64,000 nucleotides of DNA from an uncultured Clostridia bacterium. Lineage in GTDB: Bacteria > Bacillota > Clostridia > Christensenellales > UBA1242. A program made the position numbers and the translations under genes. Below are positions 28,270 to 38,160 of the stretch, in pieces (position 1 is the stretch's first letter; each line of letters begins with the position of its first letter). The stretch lies in assembly GCA_947625515.1 (NCBI GenBank), contig CANQOO010000005.1, forward strand, positions 24,576-88,575. Reading direction: 5' to 3'. Below the pieces are notes generated by a model. The model ran no database searches, was not told the DNA's origin, and saw nothing but the letters and a program-made list of their open reading frames with translations.

Positions 28270-28587
28270 ATGCAAAAAAGTGTGAGAAAATTTAATGATG
28301 TTTCACTCAAAAATGCACACAAAAAACCGATGCCAGTTTATGCCAGAATCCTGGACACTCAAAGTGAAATGGGCGAGCTTGCAAAGGAATATCTCAAAAA
28401 TTCCAATTATGGCACAAAAGACTTTGAGCTTACACAAGATTTTGAAATGGAATTTGGCGATGTTTTGTATTGTCTTTTGTCGCTAGCAAATGAAGTGCAG
28501 ATAGACGCAAAAGAGTGCCTTGACTTGGCTTTGAAAAAGTATCAAGACAGAATTAACAAGAAAAATTCAATGGGCAGCGAATCATAA
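28270..28587 (+). CDS. MazG-like nucleotide pyrophosphohydrolase (small all-alpha NTP-PPase)
   Basis: ...EMGELAKEYLK...EFGDVLYCLLSLANEVQIDAKECLDLALKKY... shows the E..E / E..D pattern. It starts 13 nt after tRNA-Gly. Confidence 0.65.
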   Translation: MQKSVRKFNDVSLKNAHKKPMPVYARILDTQSEMGELAKEYLKNSNYGTKDFELTQDFEMEFGDVLYCLLSLANEVQIDAKECLDLALKKYQDRINKKNSMGSES

Positions 28588-28779
28588 ATTTTTAACAAAA
28601 TTTAGGTTCGCTTTTTTTATTTCAAACTGAGGCAATTTCACTGCAAGTTGTGTTTTCATCAGTTTTATGCTTCAAACTAAGACATCTATTTTTTGTGTTT
28701 TAGATTAAAAGTTTTGTTCTCTCAATTTAAAGTTTTCTTGCAAACAATGTGCAGCCTACCCATAGATTTGCATTATTGT

Positions 28780-30075
28780 TCAACCCTCGTCCTCTTGAAC
28801 ATCCTCAATCCCAAGAATGTCGTTGGAAGACTTCGCATCAAGCCTGTCAACAGAGCGAAGTTTGCTGGCAATAAGCCTGGCACGCGTGCCAACAAGACTG
28901 TCAAATTCTTTGCTCGTCTTTTCAAACTGACCGCGAATTTTTTCGACAATGCCGTTGAATCTTTCAAATTCCGTCCTGACCGCACCCAAAATTTTCCAGA
29001 CTTCGCCGGACTTTTTCTGAATTGCCAAAGTCTTGAATCCCATTTGCAGGCTGTTAAGAAGTGCACTCATCGTTGTCGGGCCCGCGATTGTGACGTTGTA
29101 GGTGTTTTGCAGTTCTTCAATCAGCCCCATCTTTGCGACCTCGCTATAAAGTCCCTCAATCGGCAAAAACATGATGGCAAAATTGGTTGATTTTGGCGGG
29201 CATATGTATTTCGTGTTGATGTCGCGTGCCATGCTTTTGATTTTGCTTTTAAGTTGTTCTTTTTTAAGCTTCACGCCGTCAAAATCGTTCGCCTCGTATG
29301 CAGCTTGCAAGTCGCTGAAAATGGTGTAAGGAAATTTGCTGTCCACTGGCAAATAGACAAATTCGCCATCCGCCTGCCCCGGCAATTTGATGGCAAACTC
29401 AACAGGCTCTCGCCCCTCGCCGGTGACAAAATTTGTTTCATATTGGTCCTTTGTCAAAAGTTGGTCGAAAATTGCCCCAAGTTGAATTTCGCCGAACACT
29501 CCCGTGGTTTTGACATTTGAAAGCATTTTGGTCAGGCTGCCAACGTCGCTGGCGATGTTTTGCATTTCGCCCAAACTTTTGTAAACGCTTTCAAGTTGAT
29601 TGGAAAGCACCTTAAAACTTTGCTCAAAACGCTCGTTGATGGTCTTGGAAAGTTTTTCATCCACCGTCTCACGCATTTTGTCAAGTTGACGGCTGTTGTC
29701 CTCCTGCAAGGCACGCATGTGACGCTCGTTTGAAAGTCGAATCGCTTCCAACTTTTCTTCCTGCATCTTGCTGCTCTGCTGCATTCGCTCGTCCAACTGT
29801 TTTGTAAGCTCCAAAATGCGTTTTTCAAGTGCCTGAGAGTGCCCCGAAAGGCTCTCTTGAAAGGTGCGAATATTTTGCAAAATGGCATCATTGCTCACCC
29901 GCTGAATCTCGCTCAAATTTTTGCTCAAAAAATCCATATCATTGCGAAAACTTTGAGCGATATCACTTTTGTCTCTGTCCGAAATGCCATCGGATTTAGA
30001 TTTTCTGAGTGCCAAAAGCACGCTTGCCCCGCTTAAAAGAATTGCCACAGCCAACAAAACATACACAGCAACCAT
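28780..30075 (-). CDS. rmuC: DNA recombination protein RmuC
   Basis: N-terminal TM, long coiled coil, and a C-terminal ...FAIMFLPIEGLYSE... nuclease-like core. Confidence 0.85.
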   Translation of the reverse strand: MVAVYVLLAVAILLSGASVLLALRKSKSDGISDRDKSDIAQSFRNDMDFLSKNLSEIQRVSNDAILQNIRTFQESLSGHSQALEKRILELTKQLDERMQQSSKMQEEKLEAIRLSNERHMRALQEDNSRQLDKMRETVDEKLSKTINERFEQSFKVLSNQLESVYKSLGEMQNIASDVGSLTKMLSNVKTTGVFGEIQLGAIFDQLLTKDQYETNFVTGEGREPVEFAIKLPGQADGEFVYLPVDSKFPYTIFSDLQAAYEANDFDGVKLKKEQLKSKIKSMARDINTKYICPPKSTNFAIMFLPIEGLYSEVAKMGLIEELQNTYNVTIAGPTTMSALLNSLQMGFKTLAIQKKSGEVWKILGAVRTEFERFNGIVEKIRGQFEKTSKEFDSLVGTRARLIASKLRSVDRLDAKSSNDILGIEDVQEDEG

Positions 30076-30282
30076 TTTTCACCTCTTGCAAACATTTTAG
30101 CACAAGTGGAAAAAAATTGGAAATGAATTCACTTCTGCACTGGAAAAATTCTCTCCGCACGCACACAAGGAAAAATTTGAAACAACAAACTTTTCAAACT
30201 CTCAACATGCAATATTGGAAAAATAAAATGCAATAATCTGGGCATAAAAATGCATGCAAAAATAATTTTGTGAATAAAAAAA

Positions 30283-30306
30283 CGCAAAAAATGCGGGTTT
30301 TTTGCG
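30283..30306. terminator. Hairpin terminator between the adhesin-like gene and rmuC
   Basis: cgcaaaaaa-tgcggg-ttttttgcg. Confidence 0.55.
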
Positions 30307-30333
30307 TAATTTTTAAATTAAGAAAGTCAATTC

Positions 30334-31905
30334 TTATGCTGCAAGGTCCTGTGCCGTTTTAAGATTGAAATAAATGCGGCCGTTGGTGATAATTTCCATT
30401 GCACCATTTGTGCCGGATTCGCTTTGATTGACTTTAAGCGGATTTTTGGTGTTGCCTTCCAGCATTTCTTGACCAATGTTGATGGAAATTTTGTCGTCCT
30501 CAACTCTGGTTTTTGTTGGAGTGATTTCGTCGTCATTGAGATACATGTCCGCGATGAATTTTGCTGCACTTGTGATGTTTATGGTGACATTGGAATTTGT
30601 AACAATGCTCACCCCAGGGATTGTCTGCAAGCCAGTGCCGAGATATGAGCCAGAAACAGTGCCAAGGAAGTTGAGATTGACATTGCCACTTGCTGTTTTG
30701 ATGGAAATTACGTCATGTGCATCCTGAGCCATTGTGACATCCACCGCCAAATTGCCATTGCTGATTACAACAACAGCACCATGAGCCTTCTTCACTTTCA
30801 AGTTGCCGCGGTCGGCTGTCATTGTCACGCTTCCGGTCACCTCGCCAACCTCGATGTCCGGATGCCCCTCTTCATTGATATCAACAACCAAATTTCCTTC
30901 CAAATTGCTGATTCTCAAATTTGGCGAAGAGATGCTGTCTGGCGAATTCATGAAAAACTGTCCAACCACCTTATTGAAAAGATAGTTCCCGTCCACGCAG
31001 TTGACGCAGTTTATGTCAGTCGCATTGATATAATCAATGTCCCACTTACCACTCTCGCATGTGAGATAAACTTTGTTGCTTGGAGCGAATATCGCTTTGC
31101 AATCAAGTTTTCCGCGTCCGTTGATGGAAATCGTTGCGTCACAGCTGAGTGCAATTCCTGTGTTCTGCCCCTCGCCATAGTTGACCGACCTTGCGGAAGA
31201 AATGGTGCCACTCACAGTTTTGAGATTGAAGGTTTTAAGATTTGTTGTGTCACATTTGCTTGACAAAGAAATGTTTCCGCTTTGTGTTTCAAGAATAAGT
31301 GCTGACGGCTTGATGTCCTCTGCCTTGTCAGTGTCGGACCCGCCAACATTGATGCTGCCATCAGCCGTCTTAACGCGAATGGTCATTTTATCAAAATTCC
31401 AGTTGGCAGCGTTTGTTGCTGTTTGGGAGGTTGTTGCGTGCAGCACAACCTTGACATCCTTGGCAAAATATATAAATCCCGTTGGCTCTTCAATTTCAAT
31501 TTTCAGCCAAGAATCCTTCCAATATGCCTTATATGAAAAGTGTTTTGCCGCAGCGGCAGTTGTGAAGCCTTTGGAGTTGTTGACGATATACACCCCGTCT
31601 CGGTCATAGCCCTCTTCGCCGTATTTTTGCAAGCCGCCATCCGAATTTCGTTCCACAATCACATTGGCATAATTACATGAAATTTCCAAATTGGTGACGC
31701 TTTTCCAATCAATATCCTGCTTCAAATCATCCGTTGTTTTGACAACCTGAAAAGTGGAGTTGTCAGTGAAATATTGCATCCAAAGCACAGTCGAGCCAGG
31801 ATTGAACATCATCACAACCAAACAGATGCAGAAAATTGCAATCAGTAAAAGCACAAACAGACCAAAGTAGAAGAAAAAGCCTTTCTTAATTCCACCTTGT
31901 GCCAT
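30334..31905 (-). CDS. Membrane-anchored beta-helix/DUF4097-like putative adhesin
   Basis: N-terminal TM (GFFFYFGLFVLLLIAIF) and repetitive ...SG.I.L/V... strands. The family call is tentative. Confidence 0.4.
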   Translation of the reverse strand: MAQGGIKKGFFFYFGLFVLLLIAIFCICLVVMMFNPGSTVLWMQYFTDNSTFQVVKTTDDLKQDIDWKSVTNLEISCNYANVIVERNSDGGLQKYGEEGYDRDGVYIVNNSKGFTTAAAAKHFSYKAYWKDSWLKIEIEEPTGFIYFAKDVKVVLHATTSQTATNAANWNFDKMTIRVKTADGSINVGGSDTDKAEDIKPSALILETQSGNISLSSKCDTTNLKTFNLKTVSGTISSARSVNYGEGQNTGIALSCDATISINGRGKLDCKAIFAPSNKVYLTCESGKWDIDYINATDINCVNCVDGNYLFNKVVGQFFMNSPDSISSPNLRISNLEGNLVVDINEEGHPDIEVGEVTGSVTMTADRGNLKVKKAHGAVVVISNGNLAVDVTMAQDAHDVISIKTASGNVNLNFLGTVSGSYLGTGLQTIPGVSIVTNSNVTINITSAAKFIADMYLNDDEITPTKTRVEDDKISINIGQEMLEGNTKNPLKVNQSESGTNGAMEIITNGRIYFNLKTAQDLAA

Positions 31906-32086
31906 CGTGACCTCCTTTTAAAAACGCCGCAGGTTTATTTAAATTATAGGCAGCAAATTTTTGAATTTCAAGCAAAATGGACAAAATTTTTCACCTGCAA
32001 ACGATGAAAATTTTCACGCCCAGCCATAATCTAGCCCTTACATAAAAATTATAACACTCTTTCGGGCAAAAGTCAATATATTCCCG

Positions 32087-33904
32087 TCAATCCAGCACGG
32101 CCTTGATTCTTCGAATGCCGGCGGACGAACTTTCCTCTTTGACAATTTTAAGATGGTGCAAATCTCGGGTGTTTTTGGCATGCGGGCCGCCGCAAATCTC
32201 TTTGGAGACATCCCCCACAGAATAAACCTTCACCACGTCGCCATATTTATTTTCAAAAACGCCAACCGCTCCGCTCGCCTTAGCCTCTTTCACGCTCATC
32301 TCCTGACAAGTGACATCAAGTTGCCTTGAAATTGCGTCGTTGACAAATTTCTCAACCTCAGCAATTTCTTCTGGCGTCATCTTGTGGTCGAGATTGAAGT
32401 CGATGCGAAGGCGTTCTGGAGTGATGTTGGAGCCTTTTTGCATAACTTGCGGCCCAAACATTTTTCTTAGACCTGCCATAATCAAATGTGTTGCAGTGTG
32501 CAATTTTGCACTTTCATAACTGTTGTCTGCAAGCCCGCCCTTGAAAGTCCCTGCAGAAGCCGTGCGGCTTTTTTCTTGATGCTCTTCAAACGCCGCGTGG
32601 AAGCCCGCCTCGTCCACATCATAGCCGCGTTCCTTGGCCAACTCTTTTGTAAGTTCAAACGGAAAACCGAAGGTGTCATAAAGCCTGAAACATGCCTTTC
32701 CGGAAATGACATTTTCCACAACCTCGCCGCTCTGAGCAGCAAACTGCTTGTGTCTTTCAATTCCAAAAATCACTTTTTCAAATTCTTTATGCCCTTCTTC
32801 AAGTGCTTTTGAAAATTTTTCCACCTCTTTTGAAAGTTCATCCTTCACAAATTGGCGATTGCCGGCGATGTCTGGATAGTCCACCCCGTGCTTGTCCACA
32901 AAAATGTCAATGATGTCGGCAAAATATTTTGTGTCCAGCCCGATGTTGCGTGCACAGTTCACCGCCCTGCGAATCAGCCTTCTAAGCACATATCCTTGCC
33001 CCACATTTGATGGCACAACGCCTCGCAAGTCACCCAAAATGAACATGGATGTGCGAAGGTGGTCAGTGATGATGCGATAAGAGCGTTTTGCTTTTTCGGA
33101 CGAGTCATATTTTTCGGCAGCTTTTGTGCCAATAAAGTCAACCACGTCTTTGAAAACGCCGCTGTCATACACACTTTTAACGCCGTTCAGCACACATACT
33201 GCTCGTTCCAGTCCCAGCCCCGTGTCAATGTTTGGCCTTGCAAGCGGAACAGCCTTTTCGCCCGCCTTTTCCACCTTATATTGCATGAAAACATCGTTCC
33301 AAATTTCCAAATATTTTCCGCAGTCGCAAGAAGGGTTGCAATTTGGGCTGCACTTTGGCTTGCCCGTGTCGTAGAACATTTCGCTGTCAGGGCCGCAAGG
33401 ACCAGTGCCGGCACCAAGCCCCCACCAGTTATGCTCTTTTGAAAGATAAAAAACATTCTCCACTCCGCATTTCTTCCAAGCACTATATGCCACCTCATCC
33501 TTCGGGGCAGTTTCATCCCCAGCAAACACACTTGCTGCAAGACGTTCTTTTGGAATGCCAAGATATTCTTTGCTTGTCAAAAATTCGAAAGAAAGAGCAA
33601 TCATCTCTTCCTTAGGGCAGTCCCCCAAAAACCAATTTCCAAGCATTTCAAAACATGTGAGATGTGCATCGTCGCCGACCTCATCAATGTCGCCCGTGCG
33701 GATGCATCTTTGCACATTGCACAAGCGGTTGCCGGCAGGATGTTTTTCACCCAAAAGATATGGCACCAGCGGATGCATGCCCGCGGTTGTGAAAAGCACC
33801 GTTGGGTCATTTTCCGGAATGATGGATGCGTTTTCAATCCTCTTGAAGCCGTGTTTTTCAAAAAACTTAAACCATTTTTCTTTAATTTCTGAATCTGTAA
33901 TCAT
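32087..33904 (-). CDS. alaS: Alanine--tRNA ligase, short form (catalytic plus editing core; no C-Ala domain)
   Basis: The N-terminus MITDSEIKEKWFKFFEKHGFKRIENASIIPENDPTVLFTTAGM and the editing motifs HTATHL and CGGPH are present. The ORF stops at 605 aa. Confidence 0.85.
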   Translation of the reverse strand: MITDSEIKEKWFKFFEKHGFKRIENASIIPENDPTVLFTTAGMHPLVPYLLGEKHPAGNRLCNVQRCIRTGDIDEVGDDAHLTCFEMLGNWFLGDCPKEEMIALSFEFLTSKEYLGIPKERLAASVFAGDETAPKDEVAYSAWKKCGVENVFYLSKEHNWWGLGAGTGPCGPDSEMFYDTGKPKCSPNCNPSCDCGKYLEIWNDVFMQYKVEKAGEKAVPLARPNIDTGLGLERAVCVLNGVKSVYDSGVFKDVVDFIGTKAAEKYDSSEKAKRSYRIITDHLRTSMFILGDLRGVVPSNVGQGYVLRRLIRRAVNCARNIGLDTKYFADIIDIFVDKHGVDYPDIAGNRQFVKDELSKEVEKFSKALEEGHKEFEKVIFGIERHKQFAAQSGEVVENVISGKACFRLYDTFGFPFELTKELAKERGYDVDEAGFHAAFEEHQEKSRTASAGTFKGGLADNSYESAKLHTATHLIMAGLRKMFGPQVMQKGSNITPERLRIDFNLDHKMTPEEIAEVEKFVNDAISRQLDVTCQEMSVKEAKASGAVGVFENKYGDVVKVYSVGDVSKEICGGPHAKNTRDLHHLKIVKEESSSAGIRRIKAVLD

Positions 33905-34275
33905 TTCAAAACCTCTTTAAATTCTTGTGAAAATTCTATAAGATTATATCAAAAAAAACATAAAAAAACAAGAGAAATATGCACAAAAAATCACAATTTT
34001 TATTTGAAAAATAAAATGAGAGATTTTTATTTTTTTGCTCTTCATTTACAATTTTTTGTGCAACTTTTGAGCATTTTTTTGTGATTTTGTTCTTTCGTTT
34101 TTGCAACTATGCAATCTTTTTCAAATTTTTTCTTTTTTAGTCGTTATTTTGCAATTTTGCAGTTTAAGTATTTTTCAAATCATTTGCATTTAATTTAAAG
34201 AAAAAGCATCAAAAAAAACATTGAAATTTAATTAATATTAAAAAAACGCCAAAAACGGCGGTTTTTTGTCAATTT

Positions 34276-35463
34276 TTATTTTCTTAAAATGTCGCCCTGC
34301 TTCAATGGGAGCGTGCATGGAATTGTCACTTTTTCTTGCACAACTTTTGCACTTTCCACGTCTTCACCGGCAGAATTGATTATTTTTTTGACGGTAATTT
34401 TTTTGTTGAAACACTTCTTATCTGGGCTTAAAATTTCCAAGGTGTCGCCCACAGAAAATTTGTTTCGCATTTCCACTTCCACAGTTTTTCCGTCACCGTC
34501 CCGCGTGACCAGTGCCATAAATTCACTCTCCTGCACCGGCATGCTGTCGCCGACAAATTGTTTTTGCTCGTCGCCATAATAAAATCCTGTGGTGTAGCGT
34601 CGGTGGCTTGCCTTGTTAAGTTCTTCGCACAGTTCTTTTGTCGGCTTTTGTGGCAACATATCAAGAGCCTGGCGATAGGCATTCACAACGGTTGCAACAT
34701 AGTAGGCACTCTTCATGCGTCCCTCAATTTTCACGCTGTTCACGCCGATGTCTTTAAGTTCTTGCAAGTGTTCAAGCATGTTCAAATCTTTGGAGTTGAA
34801 GATGTAACTTCCGCGTTCATCCTCCTGCACTTCCAGCTCGTCCTCGCGGCTGACTTCCCGCACCATATATTTCCATCTGCACGCCTGCACACACTCGCCG
34901 TGATTGCTGTCGCGACCAGTGAGATAATTTGAAAGCAAACATCTGCCAGAATATGCCATGCACATTGCCCCATGCACAAAAACCTCAATTTCAACGCTTT
35001 TTGGCACATTTTTGCGAATTTCTGCCACTTCTTTAAGCGAAAGTTCGCGTGCCAGAATCAATCTTTTCGCCCCGAGCTCAACCATGAGATTGGCGGCATA
35101 GGAATTGATTATGTTCGCCTGCGTGCTGACATGCACATCCAATGTCGGGGCGTTTTTTCGCACATAGCAAAGCATGCCAACATCCGCAACAATCACCGCG
35201 TCCACCTTCGCCTGCACGAGAAAATTCAGATAATCACCCAAGCCCTCAAAATCTTTGTCCTTGGCAATGATGTTAAGCGTGACAAAAACCTTTTTACCCT
35301 TTTCATGTGCCATTTTCACCGCCAAAACAATTTCTTCATCAGAAAAGTTGCCAGCAAACGCTCTAAGCCCAAATCTTCCGCCCGCAAGATAAATCGCGTC
35401 CGCCCCAAAGTGAAGTGCGGTCAAAAATTTTTCAAAATTGCCAGCCGGTGCCAAAAGTTCCAT
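34276..35463 (-). CDS. Peptidase U32 family protein
   Basis: MELLAPAGNFEKFLTALHFGADAIYLAG..FGLRA, with family-typical length. Confidence 0.85.
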   Translation of the reverse strand: MELLAPAGNFEKFLTALHFGADAIYLAGGRFGLRAFAGNFSDEEIVLAVKMAHEKGKKVFVTLNIIAKDKDFEGLGDYLNFLVQAKVDAVIVADVGMLCYVRKNAPTLDVHVSTQANIINSYAANLMVELGAKRLILARELSLKEVAEIRKNVPKSVEIEVFVHGAMCMAYSGRCLLSNYLTGRDSNHGECVQACRWKYMVREVSREDELEVQEDERGSYIFNSKDLNMLEHLQELKDIGVNSVKIEGRMKSAYYVATVVNAYRQALDMLPQKPTKELCEELNKASHRRYTTGFYYGDEQKQFVGDSMPVQESEFMALVTRDGDGKTVEVEMRNKFSVGDTLEILSPDKKCFNKKITVKKIINSAGEDVESAKVVQEKVTIPCTLPLKQGDILRK

Positions 35464-35575
35464 GTTTTTCTCCTTAAATGTTGTTCTATTTTTGTTTCTT
35501 TTTAAATCAGCTTTTAAATCAACGTAATGATGTTTTATGTTTTTTCATATCCCACATTGTTGGCTGGCAATATTT

Positions 35576-36640
35576 TCATCCGTCAATTCTCACTGTCGGC
35601 ACAGCGGTGAGAGTTAAATCGGCAAGGCCCTTGCCAGAGCGAATGTAATAATATGCAATCGAGCCAATCATGGCAGCGTTGTCTGTGCAATATTTAAGGT
35701 CGGGAGCATACATTTTTGCCCCAAGTTTTTCGCAATCGCTGGCAAGTCTTTCTCTCAGTCTGCCATTTGCACCCACGCCGCCCGCAATCACGAGCTTTTT
35801 CATGCCCGTTTTTTTGAGTGCCAAGGCGGTTTTCTGAGCAAGCTCGTCCACGGCAAGTTCTTGGAAAGAATTTGCGACGTCCGCCTTTGAAAAATCTTCG
35901 CCCTTCTGCTCTTTTGTATGCACAAAATTGACAACCGCCGTTTTCAGTCCGCTGAACGAGAAGTCAAGACTGCCGCCAAGCGGACAGGAATAGTTGAATT
36001 TCACAGAATTTTTGCCGGTTTTTGCCAGTTTTTCAATGTTAGGGCCGCCCGGATAGGAAAGCCCCAGCACGCGAGCGACCTTGTCAAAGCATTCGCCCAC
36101 GCTGTCGTCCATTGTGCTTCCAAGCACATGGAAATCACAAAAATCCTTCACTTCCACAATGGCGGTGTGACCCCCGCTGACCATAAGGCACAAAAATGGC
36201 GGTTCCAAGTCTTGGTGCGAGATATAATTCGCCCCAATATGCCCATGCACATGGCTGACAGCAATAAGCGGCACCTTCAGGGCATATGCAAGCGTTTTTG
36301 CAAAGTTCACGCCCACCAAAAGTGCCCCAACAAGCCCCGCTCCATATGTGACCGCCACCGCATCCACGTCCTGCAACGATTTTCCGCTTGCAGCAAGGGC
36401 CTCATCCAGCACGCCGGTGATGTTTTTGATATGGTTTCGCGATGCCACCTCTGGCACCACGCCGCCAAAAAGCTTGTGAATGTCAATCTGAGACGACACA
36501 ATGTTCGCCAGCACCTGCCGTCCGTTTTTAACAAGGGCGATGGACGTTTCGTCACAAGAGCTTTCCACGGAAAGAATAAGGACGTCTTCCTTTGTCCTAA
36601 GATTTTCAAATTTCTCTTTTGCAATTTCAAAATAGTCCAT
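35576..36640 (-). CDS. tsaD: tRNA N6-adenosine threonylcarbamoyltransferase
   Basis: ILSVESSCDETSIALV, VSHVHGHI and GGVGANGRLRE motifs. Confidence 0.9.
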   Translation of the reverse strand: MDYFEIAKEKFENLRTKEDVLILSVESSCDETSIALVKNGRQVLANIVSSQIDIHKLFGGVVPEVASRNHIKNITGVLDEALAASGKSLQDVDAVAVTYGAGLVGALLVGVNFAKTLAYALKVPLIAVSHVHGHIGANYISHQDLEPPFLCLMVSGGHTAIVEVKDFCDFHVLGSTMDDSVGECFDKVARVLGLSYPGGPNIEKLAKTGKNSVKFNYSCPLGGSLDFSFSGLKTAVVNFVHTKEQKGEDFSKADVANSFQELAVDELAQKTALALKKTGMKKLVIAGGVGANGRLRERLASDCEKLGAKMYAPDLKYCTDNAAMIGSIAYYYIRSGKGLADLTLTAVPTVRIDG

Positions 36641-36774
36641 ATCCTTTTCCTTTTTTTGTCTCATTCTGAATGAATGAAAAGTGGAATGAAAAATTTCTGC
36701 CACGCAGGAAATACAAGATTTCTTAATTTGCCAAGATTCATCGCCGTGCTGAATGGCAACATGTGCATCTTTTC

Positions 36775-37882
36775 TTATCCTTTCACACTGGTGCGTTTCA
36801 GATATTCATTGATAAAGGCTTGGATGTCGCCGTTCATGACCGCCTGAATGTCGCTGGTTTCAAAATTGGTGCGGTGGTCTTTCACAAGCGTGTAAGGGCA
36901 GAAAACATAAGAGCGAATTTGGCTGCCCCACTCAATTTTCTTAACGTCCCCGCGGATGGATGCCAGTTTTTCCATTTCCTCCAATTCTTGCTTCTCAACA
37001 AGTTTGGAATAAAGCATTTTCATGGCGGTTTCGCGGTTCTGCACCTGCGAACGCTCTGTCTGGCACGCCACAATAATGCCGGAAGGGATGTGCGTGATGC
37101 GGATGGCACTCTCCGTTTTGTTGACGTGCTGCCCGCCCGCCCCAGAACTGCGGAAGGTGTCAACTTTCAAATCCTCCGGACGGATGACGATGTCCGGTGC
37201 ATCCTCGATTTCTGGCATAACTTCAAGACTGGCAAAGCTTGTGTGACGACGGGCGTTGGCGTCGAACGGAGAAATTCTCACAAGTCTATGCACGCCTTTT
37301 TCCGCCTTCAAATAGCCATATGCAAACTCGCCAGAAACAAGAAAAGAAATGCTTTTCAGCCCTGCTTCTTCGCCGTCAAGCACGTCCAGAACCTTAATTT
37401 TGAAGCCATTTTTCTCTGCATACATGGAATACATGCGATAGAGCATGTCCGTCCAATCCTGAGCCTCCGTTCCGCCAGCCCCGGCGTGCAAGGTCAGAAT
37501 GGCATTGTAGTTGTCATATTTTCCAGACAGCAGAGTTTCCAGTTTCGCCGCTTCAATTTCCTTTTCAAGATTTTCCAAGGTGGCACAAAGTTCGTCAAAA
37601 ATGGATTCATCATCCACCTCTTCCAAAATCTCAATGCTGGCGTCACAGTTGTCAATTTCCGCCTGCAACTTTTTCACCTTTTCAATCTTATATTCGCACA
37701 GTTTCACCTCGCGGCCGACCTTCGACACGCGTTTTGCATCATTGAAAAAGCCGTCCGAAAGTTGTTCGGCTTTCAACTGCTCCAATTTTTCTTCTTGCCC
37801 AGCCGGGTCAAAGACACTCCTTGATGAAAGAGAAGTCAGCCTTGATGTTGCCAAGTTTTTCTTTTTGAATGTCAATAATCAT
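36775..37882 (-). CDS. prfB: Peptide chain release factor 2 with programmed +1 frameshift (join complement 37811-37882 and 36775-37809)
   Basis: Frame 0 reads MIIDIQKEKLGNIKADFSFIKECL, then CTT TGA C preceded by AAGGAG. The +1 frame continues DPAGQEEK...GAGGQHVNKTESAIRITHIPSG. Confidence 0.9.
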
Positions 37883-38160
37883 AAAAAAATCTCCTTAAAT
37901 TGTCCCACTTTTTGCCCAGACGCAGCCAAATTGCAGCATCCGTTGCGACGCGGAATTTCAATCGAAAGAGATTTTAACATATCTTGCAAAAAAAGTAAAG
38001 CCAAATTCGTCGTTTTGTTGCACGCCTCTTGTCGAAAACATCAAGCGATTTAGACAGCCCATAAACTTCGTGCGACTTGCGTTTGGTCGCGGAATGAAAA
38101 AACAAACGTCAAGCGAAGCTTTTGTTGCTTGCAACAAAACAAGCCCTAAGTGCAGTTTTT

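Noticed and set aside
33905-34275. T-box riboswitch upstream of alaS
   Set aside because: No GGGTGG.ACCGCG-like T-box sequence or specifier/terminator architecture was found by eye. The region is almost pure A/T.
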